Translations under genes and position numbers: made by a program
Notes under the pieces: generated by a model
Database searches by the model: none
What the model was told of the DNA's origin: nothing
Seen by the model: the letters and a program-made list of their open reading frames with translations, nothing else
Part shown: positions 57,296-64,000 of the stretch, in pieces
Layout: the number at the start of each line of letters is the position of its first letter
How positions within the stretch are numbered: position 1 is the stretch's first letter
NCBI GenBank assembly: GCA_946403845.1
Contig: CAMJBL010000004.1
Coordinates: forward strand, 26,170-90,169
Source: an uncultured Prevotella sp.
GTDB lineage: Bacteria; Bacteroidota; Bacteroidia; Bacteroidales; Bacteroidaceae
Length of the DNA: 64,000 nucleotides
Reading direction: 5' to 3'

Positions 57296-59767
57296 ATGGG
57301 ATTTAGCTATCAGAAGAATTTCTTTAATCCTACGTTGCCCGTTGACGAAGCGCAGTTTTATGCGCTCGTCAGGGCGACGAAGTGGGGCGAGACAATTGAT
57401 GAGTTTCGTAAGACAGGTGACCAGAAACTGAAACGTGGACTGCCTGCGTTCATCTTCCAGGCGACGTTCGATGAGACCGAATCTGCCAAGGGAAAAACCG
57501 GTCGCTGGCGCAAACAGGCTGCCACACGACTGACGGGATTGGTTGTGATGGACATAGATCACGTTGAAAGTGAAGAGTTAAGAGTGAAGAGTGAAGAATA
57601 TGCTTCCGCCGACTTTCCTCGGAAAGCACAGGAACTGGGCATCTTACTCATCTATATCACGCCTTCTGGACATGGCTTGAAGATTGTGTTCAAAGCTCGT
57701 CCGGAATGGGGTAATCTCATCGACAACCAGCACGCCATGGCGAAGGTGCTTGGTGTGGAGGTTGACGAAAGTTGCAAGGATGCATCGCGTATGTCGTTCA
57801 TCTGCAAGGAATCGGATATATTATTTATTGATAAGGAATTATTTACTTATGAAAACAAGGAATTTGCTGAGAAATATGAGCCTGAGTATCGGGCTAATAA
57901 TAGTGCTGCTACTAAGACTGCTGCTGTGGCCAGTCAGAAAACTGAGTCAGGGTCTGGCAATGTCGGCCAAGTGGATGATCAGCCGGTGGAACTAAAGTGG
58001 CGTGGGTATGATCTGCAAGGTATTATTGATGCTCGCTATGGCGACAAACTGCCATGCAAGGCAGACTCCAACAGACATAATGAGAGCCTTAAACTCGCCA
58101 CAGACCTGCTGCTCATGCTCGACGGTGACAGAAAGCTGGTGGAGCGTATCGTGGAAGCTCAGCCATGGGTGCAGGAAATCATCGCAGAGCGCGATGAGAA
58201 CGTGGCCCAGACGGTTGCCTCGGCAGCGGAATGCGTGGCGCAGAAAGAGAAGAAATATGCGAGTTCGCTACCATCCAAGGCCATGCTCGAAGCGGTTTTG
58301 AAGGCGACGGGACATTCTTACCAAGAGATTGTAAAATCGAGGAGTGAGGAGTGTGGAGTGAGGAGTGAGAATACTATTAATTCCCAGCTAGTGTTGTGGG
58401 GAGAAGAGATAGAGGCGCTGAGTGAGGATTTCCCGCTGTTGAAGGATATCTGCAAGGGATTGAAGAAGAACCAGTATCCTGCAGCGATGTTCGTAGGCGG
58501 TGGATTGTTGATGACGCTGATGACAAGATGTACTTATAGATTCTACCACCGCCCCGAGGAACTTCGCAGGTTGAATAATTCGACGCTGATTATCGGTGAT
58601 CCTGCCAGCGGAAAGAGCTTTGCGACGCGATTGTTCAAACTCCTCGCAGCGCCCATCGTCGCAGCAGACAAGGTTGGCAAGGATGCCATCAACGCCTATC
58701 GTGAGCAGATGCGCACCAAGGGCGCGAATAAGGAGAAACCCAAGAAGCCTAAGGTGATTGTCCGCGTGCATCCGGCCCGAACCTCGAATGCGCAGTTCAT
58801 TCAGGACATGGTGAACAGTGTGGAGGAGGTGGATGGCGAGAAGATGCAGTTGCACATGTTGACGTTCGATACGGAGCTCGACAACACTGTGACCGTTCAG
58901 AAGGGTGGAAGCTGGATTGACAAGCAGTCGCTCGAACTGAAAGCGTTTCACAACGAGGAAGATGGTCAGGCGTATTCAAACAACGACTCGATCCTGCAGG
59001 ACTTCTACGTCACCTGGAACTTCATCTATACGGGCACGCCCATTGCGCTGAAGAAGAAAGTAAATGAGCAGAATTTTGGAAGCGGCCTGGCCACGCGCCT
59101 CACCTGCATCCCGCTGCCTGCCACCAACTTCGAGATGCTAAGTCGTGAGAGTCATGTGGACTTTGAGAGCGATGGCCGTTTGAAGGCCTGGGCCTTTAAG
59201 TTGGATCGCACGAAGGGTCTGTTGAGTCTCGACAAGATTGTGGATGAACTCTATGACTGGACAGAGCGTCGTATGTTGGATGCTCAGGAGAACGAATCGA
59301 AGGCGGACGAGATGCTGCTGAAGCGTTGCGCCTATCATGGCTTGAATTTCTCGGCTCCGTTCATCGTGATGCGTCACTGGGATCAGCTGAAAAAGGATGG
59401 CGACTTCTGGTGCGGTGAGTTCGAGACGGATGATGTGGATTGGCGTTTGGCTGAACTGATAACCAATATCCAGTATGCCTGCCAGCGCCACTACTTCGGA
59501 GCCTTGGCTGAAACCTACTTCGACAACAAAGACCGTGATGCGGTTTCGAATGTGCAGCGGAAGTCGAAGACCGTTGAGGCCTTCCATCGGTTGCCTGAGG
59601 AATTCACCGTCAATGACATCATGCGCTGTTTCGAGCTGAGTATAGAATCTGCTAAAGTCAGAGTGGCGAGGTTGCAGAAAGATCATCTGGTCAAAAAGGT
59701 TGGTGATTTTAAAGAGAATGGCACGAAAAAAGCCAAGTATCAGAAAATTCCCAACATCATGATTTAA
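57296..59767 (+). CDS. BT4734/BF3469-like (VirE N-terminal primase-like) protein with P-loop helicase domain
   Basis: KLKRGLPAF, LVVMDIDH, ITPSGHGLK and DESCKDASRMSF; Walker A GDPASGKS; GLATR; C-terminal winged-helix-like end. Confidence 0.85.
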   Translation: MGFSYQKNFFNPTLPVDEAQFYALVRATKWGETIDEFRKTGDQKLKRGLPAFIFQATFDETESAKGKTGRWRKQAATRLTGLVVMDIDHVESEELRVKSEEYASADFPRKAQELGILLIYITPSGHGLKIVFKARPEWGNLIDNQHAMAKVLGVEVDESCKDASRMSFICKESDILFIDKELFTYENKEFAEKYEPEYRANNSAATKTAAVASQKTESGSGNVGQVDDQPVELKWRGYDLQGIIDARYGDKLPCKADSNRHNESLKLATDLLLMLDGDRKLVERIVEAQPWVQEIIAERDENVAQTVASAAECVAQKEKKYASSLPSKAMLEAVLKATGHSYQEIVKSRSEECGVRSENTINSQLVLWGEEIEALSEDFPLLKDICKGLKKNQYPAAMFVGGGLLMTLMTRCTYRFYHRPEELRRLNNSTLIIGDPASGKSFATRLFKLLAAPIVAADKVGKDAINAYREQMRTKGANKEKPKKPKVIVRVHPARTSNAQFIQDMVNSVEEVDGEKMQLHMLTFDTELDNTVTVQKGGSWIDKQSLELKAFHNEEDGQAYSNNDSILQDFYVTWNFIYTGTPIALKKKVNEQNFGSGLATRLTCIPLPATNFEMLSRESHVDFESDGRLKAWAFKLDRTKGLLSLDKIVDELYDWTERRMLDAQENESKADEMLLKRCAYHGLNFSAPFIVMRHWDQLKKDGDFWCGEFETDDVDWRLAELITNIQYACQRHYFGALAETYFDNKDRDAVSNVQRKSKTVEAFHRLPEEFTVNDIMRCFELSIESAKVRVARLQKDHLVKKVGDFKENGTKKAKYQKIPNIMI

Positions 59768-59768
59768 G

Positions 59769-59795
59769 GCGGTAACGCGATAACACGATAACATT
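59769..59795 (+). repeat. Exact 27-bp copy of the left iteron block at 22898-22924
   Basis: GCGGTAACGCGATAACACGATAACATT, beginning 2 bp after the primase-helicase stop codon. Confidence 0.95.
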
Positions 59796-59816
59796 TGCGA
59801 ATAATTAAGAGTATAT

Positions 59817-60335
59817 ATGAAAGTAGAAATCAACAAGGATATGAAACTCTCCGAGCACTTTACTTTAGGAGAGCTCTGCAAGACAAGTTATGACACATTG
59901 GATAAGAACATCCCATCACATGTGGCGATCGAGAATCTGAAGAATATCTGCGAGAATTGGCTGGAGGATTTGAGGTATAGCCAGAATACGCTGTATGGCG
60001 ATGTTTCGAGGAGTGAGGAGTGCGGAGTGAGGAGTGAGAATACTCAGAAAGCAGAGATTCCGATTATCATATCCTCTGGATATCGATCAGAAGAGGTGAA
60101 TCGACTTTGTGGGGGAGCGAAGAATTCAAATCATCTGACTGGCTGCGCGGTGGATATTAAGTGCTATGGGCCTGAGCAGATGATAAGGATGGCTGGCATC
60201 CTGCTCGACATCGCGGATGGAACCAAGCGCGACTTCGATGAACTGATTCAGGAGAAGCGGGGCTCGACCTATTGGATTCACTTCGCGGTGCGTCCGAAGG
60301 ATAACCGCAGGAAAATTTTCTTTGACTGCCACTAA
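59817..60335 (+). CDS. Peptidase M15 (D-Ala-D-Ala carboxypeptidase/endolysin-like)
   Basis: LSEHFTLGEL, ISSGYRS, SNHLTGCAVDI and WIH motifs; no signal peptide. Confidence 0.9.
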   Translation: MKVEINKDMKLSEHFTLGELCKTSYDTLDKNIPSHVAIENLKNICENWLEDLRYSQNTLYGDVSRSEECGVRSENTQKAEIPIIISSGYRSEEVNRLCGGAKNSNHLTGCAVDIKCYGPEQMIRMAGILLDIADGTKRDFDELIQEKRGSTYWIHFAVRPKDNRRKIFFDCH

Positions 60336-60367
60336 TCAAAGACCAAGATTTTTTGAAGACAGAAAAG

Positions 60368-60398
60368 ATCCCGTATATTTGGCTATACGGGATTTTTT
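60368..60398 (+). terminator. Intrinsic terminator
   Basis: ATCCCGTATA-tttggc-TATACGGGAT plus T tract. Confidence 0.75.
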
Positions 60399-60446
60399 GT
60401 TTATCTTTGTCCCCTGAAAATAATAATTGTTATACTTTTATAAACA

Positions 60447-61211
60447 ATGAAGCGTATGAAAAGACCTAAAAGACTAAGTATTGCGATGGTTGCAGCCTTG
60501 GCGATGAGCGTGTTTGCACTGCCTGTGCAGGCGCAGGAAAAAGTGGATGAGTTTGGCGTCTTCGACCACGTGTCGCTGGGTGTGACCTTGGGAACGACGG
60601 GTGTCGGCGTAGACCTGGCAGCTCCCGTGACCGACTATCTGCAGGTGAGGGCAGGCTACAATTTCTTCTCAGGATTCAAGTACAAGGAGGATGTGGATTA
60701 CCGTGCCAAGGGCAAGCCTACAAGGGGTAAGACCACCGCAGAGGGTACGAACTACATGGGTACCGGGCATCTGCTGATTGATGTGTATCCCTTTCCTGAC
60801 TACACCTTCCACATTACTGGCGGATGCTACCTTGGCACCGACGAGGTGGTGAAAATCGAGAATACCATTCCTGTGAAAGATTTTGACAGAGGGGAGGGTA
60901 TTGTGATTGGCAATCATATCGTGGGTTTCGACGATGACGGTTATGCCCATGGCTCCATCAAGGTGAAGAAGTTCAGGCCTTACGTGGGCATCGGATTCGG
61001 ACGTTCCGTGCCCCGCAGCCGCTTCGGTGTGAGTGGTGACTTCGGTGTGCAGTTCTGGGGCAAGCCCAAGGTGTATGAGAAGCAGACGGGCATGGATCTG
61101 GAAGTGACGAAAGAGGACCTGGGCGACGAGAGCAACAAGTATTATGATGTGATCTCGAAATTTCCGGTATGGCCTGTGCTGACGTTCAGAATGACGTACA
61201 GGATTTTTTAG
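60447..61211 (+). CDS. Outer membrane beta-barrel hypothetical protein
   Basis: Signal peptide, GTTGVG, RPYVGIGFGR, terminal YRIF. Confidence 0.8.
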   Translation: MKRMKRPKRLSIAMVAALAMSVFALPVQAQEKVDEFGVFDHVSLGVTLGTTGVGVDLAAPVTDYLQVRAGYNFFSGFKYKEDVDYRAKGKPTRGKTTAEGTNYMGTGHLLIDVYPFPDYTFHITGGCYLGTDEVVKIENTIPVKDFDRGEGIVIGNHIVGFDDDGYAHGSIKVKKFRPYVGIGFGRSVPRSRFGVSGDFGVQFWGKPKVYEKQTGMDLEVTKEDLGDESNKYYDVISKFPVWPVLTFRMTYRIF

Positions 61212-61261
61212 AATTGAAGAATTGAAGAATTGAAAAATTGAAAATTGAAGAGTTGAGAGTT

Positions 61262-62176
61262 ATGAAGAAGATATTGATGATGATGGCCGTGGGGGCGATG
61301 GCGATGTTTGCCTTGATGGCGTGCGACAAGAATGATGACGACAACAGCGGTGGCAATGGCGACAATGATAATGCGCTTGTGACGCTTACGGCGCCGCCTT
61401 ACAAGGATGTGGCAGTGGTGCTGAACCTGCAGAGCAATGCTGAGGCTATTACCCAGCTGCGCATCATGGAGAGTGGCGCCTATATGATTGCACGTGCCTA
61501 TATGAATGCACGTCAGATGAATGTCTTGTCGGCATGTGCCACGCGTGCTGGTTTGGGCGACCAGCTCTATGAGTTCGGCAAGTTTACTTATACTGATGGC
61601 AAGTTCGTGTTTGACAACGGTATGACTATCTCCTTTGAGCCGTCAGGATCTGCCTATGAGGTCACTATCACGTGGAAGAACGGCACCTGCATCAAGACTA
61701 CCGCCACCCTCGACACTTCCGCATCGGTGATGGCTGGCGTGATTACCGACAACCTCTGCAGTCGTCCGTGGACCATTGAACGGGTGATTATCAGCACAGG
61801 TTTCGGTGGCCAGACACTGGGTAAGGAGTTTAAGGGCCCCATCGACCTGGCTGAGGTGAAGGCGTGGTATGAGAAGAACTTCGGTACGCTGAAGGATCAG
61901 TTTGATGCCAATACCATCATTAAGGGTATCTATTTCGACTCGAAAGGTCTGTTTGCCATCCACTACCAGAACCGCAAGGACGATGTGGGCGTATGGCGCT
62001 GGACGGATATGAATGGCGGAAAGCTGAACTACAACTGGAACGACAAGCTGCAGGCCATCTCGCTCTTTACCGGCAATGCCTCTGTGGCGTTCGAGAAGAA
62101 TCCGGAGAGCTGTAAACTGACGCTGTCAGGCACTGTCAATGGCATCGATATCGAGTTTGTGTTCTACTTGAAGTAA
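61262..62176 (+). CDS. Hypothetical lipoprotein
   Basis: LMAC lipobox followed by DKNDDD. Confidence 0.8.
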   Translation: MKKILMMMAVGAMAMFALMACDKNDDDNSGGNGDNDNALVTLTAPPYKDVAVVLNLQSNAEAITQLRIMESGAYMIARAYMNARQMNVLSACATRAGLGDQLYEFGKFTYTDGKFVFDNGMTISFEPSGSAYEVTITWKNGTCIKTTATLDTSASVMAGVITDNLCSRPWTIERVIISTGFGGQTLGKEFKGPIDLAEVKAWYEKNFGTLKDQFDANTIIKGIYFDSKGLFAIHYQNRKDDVGVWRWTDMNGGKLNYNWNDKLQAISLFTGNASVAFEKNPESCKLTLSGTVNGIDIEFVFYLK

Positions 62177-62252
62177 AGATGAAAGATCTTGACATTATAA
62201 AAGCCACATCTCGAAAGAGGTGTGGCTTTGGTTATTTTGCTAAAGATGGGGT

Positions 62253-62852
62253 TTAGAACGGAATCTTATAGCCAACGGTCAGCATGATGACACCATTCTT
62301 GATTTTTTCATCATCTCCGTCGTTGATTTTTGTCAGACCCAGATTGTAGCGGGCGTCGATCACGAAGTCGCTGATCTCGTAAGACAGACCCAGAGGAATG
62401 GAGAGGTCGAACTTCTTCAAGCCATCGGTGCCTGTTTTCTCAAACTCTTCCCAAGAGTTGTTTCCAATTAGCATATCACCCTTTGCCTTTTGTGAGAGCA
62501 GGAATCCGGGCTGAAGACCTGCCTTGATGGCCAAACCAGGTGCCACATAGACATTGGCGAGAACAGGGATGTTCAAATAGGTCAGGGTTGTAGACACATC
62601 CTTGGTTAACGGGGTGTCATCGCTCTTTGCGCCCTGCATGGATACCAAAGCACCGGCAGTAACGGCAAACATGTCGTTGATGTTATAGCCGAACTCGGCA
62701 CCTCCAACGAGGCCGATCTTCATCTTAGCGCCATCTGCATCGCCGGTCAGAGTGGACAGTGTACCACCCACCATGGGCTTGATAAACATCTGCTGCGCAT
62801 TAGCACTCAGTGTAGCCACCATCAGGGCGGCAATCATCATTAATTTCTTCAT
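62253..62852 (-). CDS. Porin family outer membrane beta-barrel protein
   Basis: SMQGAK, YLNIP, DARYNLGL; terminal YKIPF. Confidence 0.88.
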   Translation of the reverse strand: MKKLMMIAALMVATLSANAQQMFIKPMVGGTLSTLTGDADGAKMKIGLVGGAEFGYNINDMFAVTAGALVSMQGAKSDDTPLTKDVSTTLTYLNIPVLANVYVAPGLAIKAGLQPGFLLSQKAKGDMLIGNNSWEEFEKTGTDGLKKFDLSIPLGLSYEISDFVIDARYNLGLTKINDGDDEKIKNGVIMLTVGYKIPF

Positions 62853-62892
62853 AATTCTTACGTTTTTTGGTTAATACTATATATTAGATAAA

Positions 62893-63465
62893 TTAATAAA
62901 GAGGTATCTTATAACCGATAGTTAGCATAAATACGCTGTTTTTAACCTTATTGCCCAGGGCATCGGCAATATCTTTGTTGACGATGTTTGAAAGGCCGAT
63001 GTTGTAGCGGAAGTCGAGGGCCACTTCGTCGAACTCATACGACAGGCCGACGGGAATCGAGAAGTCGTGCTTGTTATATGAATCCTTGATGCTCTCGTCG
63101 CCTTCTTTGGCCTTCATGAGGAAGCCGAACTGTGCACCGACCTTGATACCGAACTCCTTGACGGGATAGACGGCCAGCATGATGGGCACGTTGAGGTAGT
63201 CGACATTGATGTTATACTTGGTCTTGTCGTTGTCGAATCTGGCTCCCTGCATGGAGTAGAGGGCACCTGCCGTCAGTGCGAAGTAATCGTTGAACTGGCA
63301 GCCTAATTCAGCACCGCCCACGAAGCCGGGTCGGTATTTGAGATCGACGACATCACCAGTCTGGGTTGAAAGTGTGGCACCTGCCATGGGTTTGATAAAC
63401 ATGCCCTGTGCGCTTGCACTCAGTGTAGCCACCAGCAGGGCGGCCATCATAATCAGTTTTTTCAT
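62893..63465 (-). CDS. Porin family outer membrane beta-barrel protein (tandem paralog)
   Basis: YSMQGA, YLNVP and DFRYNIGL; similar to its neighbour. Confidence 0.88.
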   Translation of the reverse strand: MKKLIMMAALLVATLSASAQGMFIKPMAGATLSTQTGDVVDLKYRPGFVGGAELGCQFNDYFALTAGALYSMQGARFDNDKTKYNINVDYLNVPIMLAVYPVKEFGIKVGAQFGFLMKAKEGDESIKDSYNKHDFSIPVGLSYEFDEVALDFRYNIGLSNIVNKDIADALGNKVKNSVFMLTIGYKIPLY

Positions 63466-63554
63466 CTTTCTATTTTTATGTTTAAATACTTTGCAAAGTT
63501 AAGAATAATATCGATACTTGCTATTTTAATTAACGATTTTTAAGACTTTACGCC

Positions 63555-64000
63555 TTATTTGCGCACAATTACGCTGCCGCTGGCCTGATGTGTGGCCAGA
63601 ATGAGCACTTCGGCAATCTGCACGTGGGCGGGGGCGTTGGCGGCATAGACGGCCACATCGGCGATGTCGTCGCCCGTCAGGGGTGTGATGCCCTGATAGA
63701 GCTTGGAGGCACGCGCTGTGTCGCCCTTGAAACGGATGTTGCTGAAGTTGGTCTCGACGAGGCCGGGCTTGAGGTTGGTGACGCGGACGGCGGTGTCGGC
63801 CACATCGATGCGCAGACCGTCGGAGAGAGCCTTCACGGCTGCCTTCGTGGCGCAGTAGACATTGCCTCCGGCATAGGCGGCATCGCCCGCCACGCTACCT
63901 ATATTAATAATGTGTCCGCTGTTGCGACTGATCATCTGGGGCACGATGAGGCGCGTCATCGTGAGCAGACCCTTGATATTGGTGTCGATCATCGTCTCCC
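63555..64000 (-). CDS. SDR family oxidoreductase (YdfG-like), 5' end outside the window
   Basis: NIGSVAG, YCATK and PGLVETNFS motifs. Confidence 0.88.
   Translation of the reverse strand, partial: ETMIDTNIKGLLTMTRLIVPQMISRNSGHIINIGSVAGDAAYAGGNVYCATKAAVKALSDGLRIDVADTAVRVTNLKPGLVETNFSNIRFKGDTARASKLYQGITPLTGDDIADVAVYAANAPAHVQIAEVLILATHQASGSVIVRK

Larger units (their letters stand above)
21101..60335. mobile_element. Genomic island without recognisable integrase: HU/smalltalk/DUF4248/ori arm, AT-rich biosynthetic cargo, phage-like replication/lysis arm
   Basis: Visible drop in GC from about 23.1 to 51.4 kb, phage-like genes at 51.4-60.3 kb, exact 27-bp direct repeat at 22898/59769; outer boundaries are approximate. 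Confidence 0.65.

Noticed and set aside
51426..60335. Complete prophage or conjugative element
   Set aside because: No integrase, terminase, capsid, tail, relaxase or T4SS genes recognised
5682..61256. Short tandem arrays considered as CRISPR
   Set aside because: Units are 7-10 bp with no unique spacers, and no cas genes are present

Overview
Prevotellaceae-like (Bacteroidota) chromosomal window, judged from TAnnTTTG -7 promoters and gene content. Positions ~1-850 hold a relic of a replication/lysis module: an iteron-flanked AT palindrome plus a broken M15 peptidase 3' end. Positions ~0.97-21 kb are GC-rich housekeeping genes (OPT, pyrK/pyrD, aroC, slyD, clpA/clpS, pepC, dcp, patatin). Positions ~21.1-60.3 kb form an island with no recognisable integrase. 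Its left arm has a smalltalk-type peptide, an HU-like protein, a DUF4248-like gene and an origin-like site (3 iterons / perfect 52-bp AT palindrome / 3 inverted iterons). The middle is an AT-rich ~26-kb aryl-polyene/flexirubin-like type II FAS/PKS operon. The right arm is phage-like: ORF6N, DUF932-like, SSB-like, a BT4734/VirE-type primase-helicase and an M15 peptidase. A 27-bp iteron block at the origin (22898) recurs exactly just after the primase-helicase stop codon (59769), bracketing 36,871 bp that could circularise into a rep-ori replicon. Hepta/octamer microsatellites and REP-like hairpins are dispersed throughout, several inserted in frame inside proteins. No rRNA, tRNA or CRISPR array was seen. 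All family assignments come from motif recognition by eye, not database searches.
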